DNA from: Octopus sinensis
Lineage: Eukaryota
Assembly: GCF_006345805.1 (NCBI RefSeq)
Contig: NC_043014.1
Span: forward strand, 41,788,001 to 41,852,000
Direction: 5' to 3'
DNA length: 64,000 nucleotides
A program made the position numbers and the translations under genes. The notes under the pieces are model-generated. The model worked only from the letters and a program-made list of their open reading frames with translations, searched no databases and had not been told where the DNA came from. Each line of letters begins with the position of its first letter. Position 1 is the stretch's first letter. Positions 14,113 to 27,489 of this stretch are shown here, piece after piece.

Positions 14113-14650
14113 GCATATATATATATATAATATATAATATATATTATATAATGTTATATATTGCATATATATATATATATATAATATATATAATATATAT
14201 ATATATATATATACGTAAGTATGTGTATACGTATGTGTGTCAATGTGTGCATGTATCCGTAATAATAGATAGGTGTGCTTATTAAGAGATTAGTATCTGT
14301 CATATTTGACCGTGCTAGAACACAGCCACACATACACACACACACACACACACAGACATACACACACACATACACACATGCTTAGACGCACTCGTTCATT
14401 CACTCATGCAAACACACGCACAAACATTTACAAATACAGATGTCGTTAAACATGTTTGCACACTTAAAACCTTACCCCGGGGCCGTACGCGAACGGGTCA
14501 TTCATAGATTAGTTGCGCGTATAACTATGTATGTACACGCGCTAACACCCGGATCTACAAATACAGATGCAGGCAAACACGATTGTATATACAAATTCAC
14601 ACACTCATACATACACATATGTGATGTATGATATATATATATATACATAT

Positions 14651-14690
<40 letters not shown>

Positions 14691-15221
14691 ATATATATAT
14701 ATATATATACATACATACATGTATATATATGTATATATATATATATATATATAATATATATATACATATAATATATTATATATATATATATATATATATC
14801 TATACACATATATATATATATATATTATATATATATATATAACATACACACCCAGATATATATATATATATAATTATGTGTGTGTTTATATTTGTTTGTA
14901 TGTGTACATGCGTGCATGCGTTTATTTAGGGAAAAAGCGTTTCTCAAAACGAGCTTCTTAATAATATAATCACTCCACATTTAGGTAGGTATACGTATAC
15001 ACATTTACACACAAACACACTCACACGCAAACGTGCAGACGTGCAGGCATATACACCACATGTGTACTGTATACGCACGTTTACGAGTGTGTGTGTGTGA
15101 GTTAATAATAGAAATACGCACACACACACGCACAAACACACACGCATAAATTGTTTCCTGTGCATCTATTCACACGGAATAAAATATATAATTCCATATA
15201 AGAAGGAAAGATACATCTAAG

Positions 15222-15800
15222 GAGGCAACCAGGCAGAATCGATAGCATGCCGGGCGAAATTCATTGCGGTATTTTGTCTGCCGCTACGTTCTGAGTTCAA
15301 ATTCCCTCCGAGGTCCACTTTGCTCTTCATCCTTTCGGGGTCGATTAAATAAGTACCAGTTACGCACTGGGGTCGATTTAATCCGTTTGTCTGTCCTTGT
15401 TTGTCCTCTCTGTGTTTAGCCCCTTGTGGGTAGTAAAGAAATAGGCTCTGAGTTCAAATTCCACCGAGGTCGACTTTGCCTTTCATCCTTTCGGGGTCGA
15501 TTAAATAAGTACCTGTTACGCACTGGGGTCGATGTAATTGACTTAATCCCTTTGTCTGTCATTGTTTGACCCCCCTATGTTTAGCCCCTTGTGGGCAATA
15601 AAGAAATAAGTATCGTTAGTACGCAATGTTATTGGGTGGAGGCATTTTGTTCATCTTTACGTGCTGAGCTCAAATTCCGCCGAGGTCGACTTTGCCTTCC
15701 ATTCTTCCAGGGTTGATAAAATAAGTACCAGTTGAGCACTGCAGTGGATGTAATTGAGTTATCCCGACCCACGAAATTGCTGGCCTTGTAACAAAATTTG
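15222..15800 (+). mobile_element. SINE family B: one head, tandem body units, then a further B copy
   Basis: Repeated ctgagttcaaattcc.ccgaggtcgactttgcctttcatcctttcggggtcgattaaataagtacc module at ~15290, ~15447 and ~15663. Confidence 0.88.
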
Positions 15801-15816
15801 AATATTTGGAATAATA

Positions 15817-16065
15817 AATAAATGTGCCCTTTTAAAGCCTAGCCAGGCTCATGGGCCCGGTTTCCCAGTTTCTATGGCGTATGTGTTCCCTAGCTGGACG
15901 GGACGCCAGTCCATCGCAGCGTTACTAATTTTTGCCAGCTGAGTGGACTGGAGCAACGTGAATTGAAGTGTTTTGCTCAAGAGCACAACGCGTCGCCCGG
16001 TCCAGGAATAGAAAACACAATCTTACGATCATGATGCTGACACCCTAACCACTAAGCCACGCGCC
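15817..16065 (-). mobile_element. SINE family C, full length, 14-bp TSD
   Basis: TSD tatttggaataata at 15803-15816 and 16066-16079; tRNA-like head on the minus strand. Confidence 0.93.
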
Positions 16066-17159
16066 TATTTGGAATAATAGCGTTTCTAAATGGATATTTG
16101 ACGTTTCTAAAACTTTTCAGTCTCATTATCGTTGGCTATGGACTTACGAAATATAATGTACCAATCAATCAATCAATCAATCTATCTATCTTTCTACCTA
16201 TCTATCCATCTTTCTATTTATCTATCCAACTTTCTATCTATAACATATATGTATAGGTATGTAAGCATACATTCATACATGCTACATATATACATACATA
16301 CATACATACATACATACATACATACATACATACATACATACATACATGCATACATTCATACATACATACAAACATACATATATGTATACATATACGTATA
16401 AATACAGGTACATAAATATATGTTTGTGTATGTGTGTAAGCACGTATTCATGTATAAGAAATGACACATTTGGCATAAACATCAGTGAAACCTTCTGTTG
16501 AATTTAACCATCATACGTACGTGTACATATATACACGCATATATGCACAGATAGGCAGACACACAGACAGACAAATAAATAGATGACGACAGAGTAAGAG
16601 AAAGAAAGAGAGAGACAGAGAGCGGGCGGAACCAAGTCCTTTATAATTGCAACAAGAGGTAAACAAGAATACATTTAAGGTCGACCAAACATGTATCAAC
16701 TCACACAGAACATAGTATACTGCAGGTGTGGATCTGTGATGCCTTTAATATATTTGTGTTGTTGTAGCTATTGTTAATTAGTTGAGGTCAACCACGATCA
16801 AGCAGTTAAGTGTGGACCAACATGCTATAAGTGAAAGCAATATAATTTTTAACTAATTAAAGTTACACCTGTAACGCAAAAATTTAACCTTAGATTCAGT
16901 GACAGATTTTGCAATTAAATCTAAGTTCGATATTTAAATTGAATAAAAAGAATATGGACGATATTCGTTGAAGAGTGAGTCTGCTTTTTGGAATATACTG
17001 TGGCAACTCTCTGCAAATTTTTGCTGTATTAGGTCTCATCAGAAAATTGTGATTAATGTGAGCCATGATCAAAGGTTTGCCAATATGGGCGTGATGCATT
17101 TTTCTTGGGTACATAGAACTATTCTTCTTTTGCCGATGTAATATATATATAAATATATG

Positions 17160-17400
17160 GGGCTGGCCAGATTGGAGCAATCTCAAGATTAATCAGCCGA
17201 AATTGCGAGGATGATCAGGTTCTTGACTGAAGATAAAAGGCTTCGAATGACCCGTCCGTGTTGTTTTGTATCGTCTATCTGGATGTTTTGTTGTCCCTTT
17301 TTGTACCATCTAGTTGTCCAGATGTTTTGCGTTCTTGTCCCATTTTGTATTTTATTTTATATATATATATATGTTCTCTTATATGTAAGTACACATTTCA

Positions 17401-17437
<37 letters not shown>

Positions 17438-17575
17438 GCACTCACACACACATATATGTATAGATATGTGTATGTCATTATTCAGTTTATTTCAAGATTT
17501 CTTCCCAATAGAGAAAGAACCGGTTTCTTACCTAGATCCAAGGCTCCTTCATTAGAATTTCACCATCAACAACGG
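17160..17575. mobile_element. Penelope pseudo-LTR-like repeat with degenerate HHR (second copy 41600-41830)
   Basis: Two modules shared with 41600-41830. The HHR-like module (CTAATGA aggagcc...GAAACCGGTT) is inverted here relative to the 41.7 kb copy. Confidence 0.55.
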
Positions 17576-18149
17576 GGTATTTTTGTTTGGATGTATGCAT
17601 GTATGCAGAGGCATGTCTGTTTATATATTTATCTGCCTTTCTCTCTGCCACTGTATGCCTTTCTGCATGTCGGTCTTTCTCTTCTCTTTATAAACGACTG
17701 TCGTTTAAAATTTACGTCAATTGTCTCTGTAGATTTTTACCTCTTTCAAATTTTGTCTGATGATGGTGGATTATAAATTATAACAACCTTTTTCGACTAC
17801 ATTAAATAATATTCTGCGGAAACATCTGCCGCAAATGTTTAACGCCTTTTGTGTTTACTTTTTATACCTACGCCTCACCTACGATCAACGAGTGAGTTTG
17901 ATCTATGGTTATAGATTGGATTTTCTACTTACATATATACCGTATCCTGCCAACACTTGAACTCGGCAATGCTTTATATCACTGTGAGCTCTATGTGTTT
18001 TCGTGCCTAGTCATTCCTGGTGCTCTACAAGTTGATGTAACTTGACCTTTAAAAATTCTCATAAGTAAAATATATGTATTATGTGGTACCACTTCTTGTA
18101 ACTACACGATAGATCCATCATGATGTCAGAGGTGGCTTTTTAAACCAGA

Positions 18150-18600
18150 CAATGTATTGAAAAGATACCCAAATAGATTGTATATCCGATTTGGACCACC
18201 AAGAGCTGCAAGTAAGTTCTGATCTTTGTGGATCTTAAAATGACTTTTAAGGCCTCCGTTAGATTTGCAAACCTTTTTGCATAGATTGCATTGAAAGGTG
18301 TGCACAGATTTATAGGCAGAATAGTTGGTAGAGGTTCGTTTTCATGGGTCAGCAAATGACATTTGAGCCCAGCAAAAGAAAGGCATGGTCTGTCAAAAAC
18401 TACACACGAAAAGCTCACTGACATTCACCTTCTCGATCGCAACATTTTCCCTTAAATCTCTCTTGAGTCTTGCGTATGTTATCCTGACCTTCTCAAACGC
18501 TTTCATTTTACGTGTAGGATATGTCTCTCATAGTATGTCGATAATGCATGTTCACCGCCTATAGCTATCTTGCATCACCTCATTCACGCTAATTGCACAT
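18150..18600 (-). pseudogene. RTE-clade LINE 3' end with two C2H2-like zinc fingers
   Basis: Minus frames give KAFEKVRITYARLKRDLREN, SCVVFDRPCLSFAGLKCHLLTH and FQCNLCKKVCKSNGGLKSHFKIH, separated by frameshifts. Confidence 0.72.
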
Positions 18601-19225
18601 TCGTCGCCGAATCTACATTAGAAATTCCTCAGTGTACGTTGAGTGCAATAGAAACAATACAGACGGAAGATGGAATATACTGGAAACTTTATGCATCAAA
18701 ACGATCATTTAGACTAACCCTGTATCGCTTCGTTGCGGGTGGGAAACTATATAATTAATTTCAGTGAAACCCACAGATTTGCTTGACTAAAGGCGGTGCT
18801 CCAGCATGTCCGCAGTCAAATCACTGAAACAAGTAAAAGGGAGTAAAGAGAAATACATATGAATATGCAGAATACATACATACAAACGTACTCAAACGTA
18901 TACACACACACACAGACACACACACATATATGCACAGACACACACATACACGCATATATACATACATACATACATATATACATACATACATAAATACATA
19001 CATACATACATACATAAATACATACATACATACATACACATGAACACTGACGCCTACACATGCGCAAAAACAAACAAACAAAAAGAACGCAGCTCCGATA
19101 ACGGACACTATCGAAGAGGCTGCAAGAAGCAACGAAAATTTTAAGAAGGGAAAAATAAATGAACGGAAATTGAACCGGTGTGTGTGTTAATTATAAGGCA
19201 TTAAACAGAATGACTCCCCTCAAAC

Positions 19226-19264
<39 letters not shown>

Positions 19265-19365
19265 AAATAATGAGGGTGATAAATTGAATATTAATTTAAT
19301 TAACATTAATATAAAACCAGTGGCCTAGCATATAGAAAAATCTGAAAATCAGAAAAATTGTATTT

Positions 19366-19576
19366 CATGCGTATAAGAAGTGATGACCACTAAGTGGACT
19401 TCCAATATGCTAGAAGAAGATCACCTATGATCTAACCACAAAGAAAAGAATGTTCTCTGAGAAGTCCTGGGGTCGATTTGCTCTGACAACATTCATTTCT
19501 TTGTGGTTAGATTGTAGGTGATCTTCTTCTAGCATATTGGAAGTCCACTTAGTGGTCATCTCTTCTTATACGCATG
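19366..19576. repeat. Near-perfect foldback, 89-bp arms, 33-nt loop
   Basis: 19366-19454 versus 19488-19576 are reverse complements with about 4 mismatches. Confidence 0.95.
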
Positions 19577-19612
<36 letters not shown>

Positions 19613-20923
19613 GGCGCGATTCAACATAGTTTCCGTGAACCAAATTCACTCACAAGAAAATAGTTGGCCTTGGGCTATATAGTTAAAGGCACCTCCACAA
19701 GTTGTCACGCAGTGGGACTGAACCCGAGAACTCGCAGTTGGAAAAAGGAGCTTCTTGACCGCACAGTTAGATCCTTCCTTTTTCAAATTCGCAGGCAGTA
19801 ATTTGATGCAAACCTGGTAGCTGTTATTAGCAAGGCCAAACGGTGACGCTACAGAAGAGGGGCCAAAATGTGTTTAGGGTCCGGGTAAATAATAACCGTT
19901 TCAGACGTGTTGGTGGAATTGATAATGTTGGTACAAGTGGTGGTGGCGGTGGTGGTGGCGGTGGTGGTGGCGGTGGGGGCAGTGGATCCAGAGGCAACGA
20001 GTGGACAACAACCAACGGGTCCAGTACCCCTACCCCTCCCTATCCTACAATACAAACTCAGCAATCCCTCCTCCTCCTCCTCCTCCTTATATTCCCTGTC
20101 CTTCTCCCCCTCCTCTCCGACCCTCCTCCTCCTCCTCCTCCTCCTCTTCCTTGCCTCCCCTTGCTAGCCATGTGTAGGAGAGGTGAAATAATTCATGTAC
20201 AAACTTAAGCTATTCAAGAACTTAATTAAATCTCGTATTGACCGATCAAGCAAACAGGGGGGGGGAGCAGTCACCCCCCTACAGTCATCCCTACACCCTT
20301 TTCTGTCCCCCCCGTTTCCTGCTTCACCCCCTTCCAGCCTCCTATTGCTGCTTGCCCCCTTTATCTTGCCCTCTGCATGATTAGACCATTCTCTTTAACA
20401 CCTGTTTCTGGAGCATCACCATCATGTGTCCCGCATACACACAGACTCACACACACACACACACACACATACACATACACATGCAAGTCCACATACACAT
20501 TACCACACGCACACACATATACAAACTTGCACACTAACACTCATAAACACATACACGCACACAGTCACACTAGATGTGTGCGTGTCCATATATACGGGAT
20601 ATTGTGTGCTTGCAGAAACACATACACGTACACAGAAATCTACACACATACATTCATGCATCCACACGCATATCTATACACCATATAATATACACACGTA
20701 TACACACATATACAGACGCACATGTGCGTGCACACACAGAGTACATGCATACATACATACATACATACATACATACATACACGTATACAAACATACATAT
20801 ACATACATACACATATATATAAATACATATATACAAGTGTGTGTATGTATATATGTTTCACTTATGAGGATATCGTACATATATATGTATATATATATAT
20901 GTGTGTGTGTGTCTGCGTGTGCG

Positions 20924-20963
<40 letters not shown>

Positions 20964-21088
20964 GTACTGGACAAGAACGTATATATAGAAGACGATATAA
21001 ACATGGACAGGACTTCGAACCCCTCATAGTCAAGAACCGGATATATTATATGCGTGTGTGTGTGTTTGTGTGTGTATGTATATATATA

Positions 21089-21119
<31 letters not shown>

Positions 21120-21530
21120 CTATAGATATATATATTATATATATATATATATATGGTGTATAGATATGAATAAATAAATGGTGTTTAACGCAGGTATAAA
21201 TTAAATACTTTTACTTTCGACACATGTTTCGAAGATTTCACTGATACTATTCAAAAGAATAAATGGTATAAAACAATGCAATCTTCTCTTTACGGAAGTG
21301 AAAAAACGAAATTCGTCAATAAGACATTTTAATAGAAAATGATGGATTTGTATAGCGATAGACAGAACGCTATTAATATTGTTTGAAAAAAATATTATAT
21401 GATATAAAGTCAGAAATAGCCTATAGAAATATAGCCTATAGAAAAATAGGATGTAATATATATATATGTTACATCACTATATATTTAAAAGATGAGGAGT
21501 TGGATATTTGTCCTCTTCGTGTTTGTTGTT

Positions 21531-21576
21531 AACACAACGTTTCGGCTGATATACCCTCCTGCTTTCATCAGGTGTC
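21531..21576 (-). ncRNA. Minimal type I hammerhead ribozyme motif, helix II decayed
   Basis: Minus strand: gacac CTGATGA aagcaggagggtatatcagcc GAAAC GT T gtgtt; helix I gacac/gtgtt. Confidence 0.6.
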
Positions 21577-21936
21577 TTGGGGGAAATTACTTCAACATCA
21601 CTTCAGCATCTAAGGTGTGGTACACCGTTCAGCTGTACAGGTAATGTCTATTCGATGGAGAGACTAAGCTTATGGGAAGCACGAACTTTAAATCACAATA
21701 GACAAATCATTTGAGCGAGTTATTCAGCGTGACACAACAGAACAGCGTTTCTCAGATTCGATTGAGATTTGAACTCTGGGTGCAGAGGGTTTGAATAAAT
21801 ACCCCAAGGCATTATATATATATATAAAAATTTAGGGTGAATACTTGATAAGTGTAAGCACCTGCATACGCCAGCTAGTAGCAGAGGTGAGAGGGTATAT
21901 GCATCAAATGAAATCAAAAACAGAACACAAGGATGT

Positions 21937-22029
21937 CGCGGTACACGTGTTTCAAGCTTTATAAACGTCCTATTCTTACATCATTGTATAATCGACATAA
22001 AGGATGGTTTAAAGCTCTCTTCAGCCGCA
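21937..22029 (-). ncRNA. Type I hammerhead ribozyme, intact core
   Basis: Minus strand: tgcgg CTGAAGA gagcttta...taaagctt GAAAC acgt GTA ccgcg; helix I 5 bp, helix II at least 8 bp, palindromic helix III ACACGTGT, GUA cleavage site. Confidence 0.8.
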
Positions 22030-22751
22030 TGCAATTGCTACACCAAAGATTTACATCACATCATGAAAAATCCGAAAGGTACTTTTGGTATTACCCATAA
22101 TTATAGGTATATCGAGACTCACTGAGAAAGTATGTTTGTAAATCTTCATGACCAAATAGGTGTGTAGGGTATCATTGGACTTCGAAAATCCGTCCATACT
22201 GTAGTTGCTTTACTTTTATCGATGTGCCGGAAAAAAGAGCTGCTTTGAGTTTCCGTCTCCCAAATCTACTCACAAGGATTTGGTCGGTCTGAGACTATAG
22301 TAGAAAACACTTACTCAAAAAGCCATGCAGTGGAACTGAACCCAGAACCACATGGATTGGTGTTCGTTATATTATTTATAAACAGCTAAAAAGAAGTCCT
22401 CAATTTCCTTTCCTTTCCAAGGAAAGGAAATGAAATACAGTGAAACTAAATAAATTCAAATCAAACAGAATACCTACATAAATATATTAAAGAACAAGAC
22501 TAGAAAATACTTAAAACTGATAGCGTAAATGTTCTACATTTTTTCTTTATTCTATTTCATTCCATTTTATGTAATTTCTTTGGAAATCAGAAAGATGTTC
22601 TGTACAAGTATAATGATAAACTGACGAATAATGTATTTTTTTTACTTCTTCCGAAAAATCTTCGTAGAGATAACCAATATACTAGTGGTTCTCAAAAACA
22701 ATCTTACAATACATTTTTCCACGAGCCACAAGGCCCGAAATGTTTTTTGGA

Positions 22752-23296
22752 GGAGAGGGCCAGTCGATTAGACCGACCCCCGTACACAACGGGTACTTAA
22801 TTTATCGACCTTGAAAGGATGAAAGCAAAGTCGACCTCGGTGGAATTTGAATTCAGAACGTAGCGGCAGACGAAATACCTATTTCTTTACTACCCACAAG
22901 GGGCTAAACATAGAGTGGAAAAACAAGGGCAGATGAACGGATTAAGTCGATTATATCGAGCCCAGTGTGTAACTGGTACTTATTTAATCGACCCCGATAG
23001 GATAAAAGGCAAAGTCGAACTCGGCGGAATTTGAACTCAGAACGTAGCGGCAGAGGCAGTACCTATTTCTTTACTACTCACAAGGGGCTAAACACAGAGA
23101 GGACAAACAAGGACAGACAAACGGATTAAATCGATTATATCGACCCCAGTGCGTAACTGGAACTTAATTTATCAACCCCGAAAGGATGAAAGGCAAAGTC
23201 GAGCTCGGCGGAATTTGAACTCATAACGTAGCGGCAGACGAAATACCAATAAGCATTTCGCTCGGGGCGCTAACGTTTCTGCCAGCTCGCCTCCTT
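22752..23296 (-). mobile_element. SINE B tandem array (3 bodies, 1 head)
   Basis: Repeated cctatttctttactac.cacaaggggctaaaca junctions at ~22878 and ~23062; single head ending ~23296. Confidence 0.9.
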
Positions 23297-23438
23297 GGAA
23301 GCGAACTTCCTATTACACAGACTCATCTACACTCATACACAAACACACACACACATGGGTGCGCGCACACATACACACACGAGGGCACACGCGCATATAT
23401 GTGTGCGTGCATGGTCCCGACATTGTGTGTGCGTGCCT

Positions 23439-23486
<48 letters not shown>

Positions 23487-23731
23487 GTGTGTGCGTGTGT
23501 ACATTAAGTCTATACTTTTACGTCGAATCTGTTTTAATGTCAACAGAAGTGAAAACTTCGTTGGTATACCTCGGTACCAAACAGTGACGCTATTCCGGGT
23601 ATAATAAAGCTGAAGATGTCCACCCTGATGCCATTTGTCATAATAAATGCCGTTGTTATTTTTGGCATATTCAATTAGATCGAAGACAGTGAGATAGTTT
23701 AATCAGATGCGCTCGCGCACGAACACACAAA

Positions 23732-23776
<45 letters not shown>

Positions 23777-24031
23777 GAAAATAAAACAGAGATAACTGTG
23801 GAAATATAACTATGTCCCTTGTATTCTTGGACTTCACCAATTTCTTCTTTTTTCTCCCGCTCCACCACCTCCTGCTCCTTCTAGATTTTTCATTCGCGAC
23901 GACACCACCACCACAAAATAACAACAACAACAATTTCATCATCATCATAGTGAACGGTGTTGTCACCTAAAATGAATTCTGCTACGAAACATGAAAAGGA
24001 ATTATTTAAAAGACATAATTTGGCAGAACAT

Positions 24032-24067
<36 letters not shown>

Positions 24068-24117
24068 CAAATATACATATATATATGTGTGTTATACACA
24101 CTCACACACACACACAT

Positions 24118-24152
<35 letters not shown>

Positions 24153-24157
24153 CACAT

Positions 24158-24415
24158 GTGGAGGCGTGTGGCTTAGTAGTTAGGGTGTCAGCACCATGAT
24201 CGTAAGATTGTGGTTTCGATTCCTGGACTGGGCGACGCGTTGTGTTCCTGAGGAAAACACCTCATTTCACGTTGCTCCAGTCCACTCAGCTGTCAAAAAT
24301 GAGTAACGCTGTGATGGACTGGCGTCCCATCCAGGTCGGAGGAGCACATACGCCATAGAAACCGGAAAACCGGGCCCATGAGCCTGGCTAGGCTTTAAAA
24401 GGACGCATTAATTTT
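24158..24415 (+). mobile_element. SINE C, full length
   Basis: gtggaggcgtgtggcttagtagttagggtgtcagcacc...ggtttcgattcc...gggcccatgagcctggctaggctttaaaa. Confidence 0.92.
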
Positions 24416-25042
24416 TTTATTTTTATACACACACACACACACACGCACACATGTAAGAAAAAACATACGAAAGCACATATACAGAAGTGTGCGCTTAGCA
24501 CAACAGGCAGAGCAAACAAGAAGGAGTCGCAGTACTCAATACGAAATAAGGAGTTAAAACCGATGGAAACTGAAAACCTCACAACTAGATATTCTAAGCC
24601 CCTCATTATCTTTCTCTCTATATGCCTGTCTTCCTGCCACCCCCCACATACACACACACATATACATATAGTTGCAAACGGGTTAAGAATCCTTACAAAT
24701 CAAAGATTAATAGAAAAAGCGTGGAAGTGGAAGCAACCTGGAGGTATGTTTAATGATTCTTTTTACTTTTTTTCTTTGACCAGACAGGTTAAATATTTAT
24801 ATATTTATTACATTAAGTGACTTTTATTAACCATTACTGACTTCGATCTGTATGTTTTTTTTGGTTTCCAATTTTTCACGTGGCCTGCAATGTTGAGGAA
24901 GGGGACCAGTCGATTGCCTCGACCTCAGTATATAACCGGTATTTATTTTATCGATACCGGCAACAAGGATGAAACCCGAAGTCGACCTGTGGGGAGTAGA
25001 AAATACACTGTGGGTAGTTAGAAACACGTACACACACACACA

Positions 25043-25082
<40 letters not shown>

Positions 25083-25112
25083 CACACAAAGATGCACATA
25101 TACACACAGACA

Positions 25113-25310
25113 CACGATGAGGGGCTGAAAACTTCCAGGCAATAGAAAATACAGGAGAATCAGTTAATTGTGATTTTATTCAAATTATTCCTCTCTCAGA
25201 TTCACACAGTAATTCCAGCGGTCCTTCAGTTTTCTAAGCTCTGTAAAAGAACTCTAAAGGCTGCTCCTCCAGCCAGGCCTTTCTCGACACCCTTAAAGTG
25301 GAGAACTTTT
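25113..25310 (-). mobile_element. Mariner 3'-terminal fragment (same family as 37974 and 58010)
   Basis: TIR-like gaggggctgaaaacttcc followed by aaaatacaggagaatcagttaattgtgattttattcaa. Confidence 0.7.
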
Positions 25311-25375
25311 CAGTACTTTCTCGTGTGTGTGTGTGTGTGTGAGAGTACTTTCTTGTGTGTGTGTGTGTGTGAATA

Positions 25376-26667
25376 TATCAGGTCATCCCATAAGTTATGT
25401 CCGAATTTTGATTAAAGAAAACAAGTGATCAAATGTTATATTTAATTGAAATTTAATCATCAATGTACTTTCCCAGATTATCTATGACTTCCTTCCATCT
25501 ATTTACAAGCTTTTTAATCCCATCAATGTAAAACTCTTTTGGTTTCAAAGCGAAGAACTCTGAAATGTCAGTTTCGACCTCCTCCTGGCTTGCGAAGGTT
25601 ATGTCCCCCAAATGATTCTGTAAACTACGAAACAAATGGTAGTCTGAAGGAGCCAGGTCGGGAGAATAAGATGGATGAGGAATTTTTTCCCAACTAAGCT
25701 CTTCGATCTTCTGCGATGTGATCTTTGCAGTGTGGGGTCGCGCATTGTCCTGATGAAACATGACTCCTTTTCGATTCACTAAAGCGGGTCTTTTTCTTTA
25801 AAGCTTGGTTCAAACGCTCTAATTGCTGACAGTAGACTTGAGTATTGATTGTTGCATAAGGTGGTAACAATTCAAAATGAATTACTCTTGCCAATCCCAC
25901 CAGATAGAGAGAAGAACCATTTTTTCCATGAAGTTCCCTTCTCGGTTGTGGTTGAGCTTTTTCCCTTTTACCAAGCCACTGTTTCCGACGTTTAACATTT
26001 CGATAGGTCTATTTTTCGTCACCAGTCACGAGTCTATCCAAAAAGGGGGAAATGAGTTCGCGAGAATGGAGAGAAGAGCAGATGTCAACTCGGGATTTGC
26101 GGTTGCTTTCGGACAATTCACGAGGCACCCATTTTTGAAGTTTAGGAACATTTCTAAGTTGTTGAAGATTACGATGAACAGTTGTATGGTTTGAACTAAG
26201 CTCCATTATCAATTCTTCAACTGATAATGCAGGATTTTCTTCAAGTAATGCCTCAAGGAGTTTATTATCAAACTCAACTGGACAGACATCCTGTTCGATC
26301 TTCATCTTCAAGGCTGAAATCTTCACTTCTGAATTTTGCAAACCATCATCTGCAAGTTCGTTTATTCAAGCATTCTTTCCCATAAACTGAGTGTATGTTT
26401 CGAGTCGCTTCGGCTGCAGAGTTTCCTTTTTTGTACTCGAAGTATTATGTGCCTTAAATGCTCTTTGGATAACTTCCATGTAAGAAAGGGTTTTAATGAA
26501 AGAAATTTTAATTCTATTATTCCGTGAAATGATATTTAATTATTTTAAATGTACACAAAGGCATAAAAATAATTTTTAATTCCATTAGACATTCTAAAAT
26601 AATATTAAATGTCATTCAATTTTTAAAAAAAGGTAAAATCGGACAGAACTTATGGGATGACCTGATA
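25376..26667 (-). mobile_element. Full-length (~1.29 kb) mariner transposon, DD34D, transposase pseudogenised
   Basis: TIRs tatcaggtcatcccataagttatgtccga / tcggacagaacttatgggatgacctgata in TA context. ATG at ~26479, stop at ~25453. Motifs EYKKGNSAAEATRNI, WVPREL, VTGDEK, HQDNARPH and YSPDLAPSDYHLF; 34 residues lie between the 2nd and 3rd catalytic D. Several frameshifts and a stop. Confidence 0.97.
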
Positions 26668-26859
26668 TATATGTTTGTGTGTATGTATAGGTAATTGTTG
26701 GCAGATACTGGAAGATATTTCATTCCATTTTTATTGAGGGTATTCAATATTAATTTTTACTTGTCACAGAGGGTAAATTAGCATATAGTATAATGCCGTT
26801 CATTTTCCAATATTTTAATATATTCTAAAATCTATACCGCGCTTTTTAACTCTCATTAG

Positions 26860-27300
26860 TATTAATTAGTTGCCGACTCAGTTGTTTCTTCGTCTGAAAA
26901 CGCTGACTAATAACATAGTTGTTATAGAAACAAATGAAACTATGTCTCCCGTATTTGAAACGGTTCGGATGCAGTTTATAAAAATTTCTTTGGTGGATAC
27001 AACTATTCGACTAAGCAGAAAGAAAACGAAAAAACTGAAAGGGATTCTGTGTTTAGAGATGTTGGTATTTTAAAAAGAATCTTTACGTAAACAGTAAGTT
27101 ATTTTTGAAAGGTATTTTTATGAAAATTCTTGTGTAACGTAGGCAAGTTATGAAGTCAGCGATCTAATTGTAAAGACACTGAAACCATACATCAAAGGCG
27201 AGTTTCTTAAGATGTGTATAGTATCCATTGCACGAATTTTAACTACAGAGCAAAAAAGAAAAATATTAAAAATACTAAATCTGTTAGTGAAAGGAGAAAG
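26860..27300 (+). pseudogene. hAT (Charlie/SPIN/GTF2IRD2-type) transposase relic
   Basis: ASYEVSDLIVKTLKPYIKGEFLKMCIVSIARIL resembles the Charlie-type motif AS(Y/F)xVxxxIAKxxKPxxxGEFIKxC; broken frames upstream. Confidence 0.6.
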
Positions 27301-27489
27301 GAATACTCATTACAGACTGGCGGTGGTCTGCGTCGGCGAGGTTTGTATTTTATTTAGAAAAATTGGCAGAAAGGGTGTAGAGAATTTACTGTGAGGAGTG
27401 GAATTTGCAGCGGTTCGGGAATAGTCTTTCACCAGGGAAAAGTTGACAAGGAACGAACTTAAAAGAACGGTAGCAGTGTAAAGTATAAT

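Noticed and set aside
21607-21640. 34-nt exon with good AG/GTAATG sites
   Set aside because: It lies within a dispersed SINE body also present at ~48110-48190, so the sites are probably cryptic.
21924-22078. 50-codon + strand open frame with a donor
   Set aside because: It overlaps the minus-strand hammerhead/pLTR repeat and has a purine-rich acceptor.
24158-24235. tRNA genes (also at 45350-45427, 46387 and 48925-49003)
   Set aside because: A and B boxes are present, but they run directly into SINE bodies, some with TSDs, and no proper acceptor stem is evident. These are SINE heads.
26975-27086. Protein-like exon candidate YKNFFGGYNYSTKQ...
   Set aside because: It is contiguous with the hAT transposase relic and better explained as decayed transposase.
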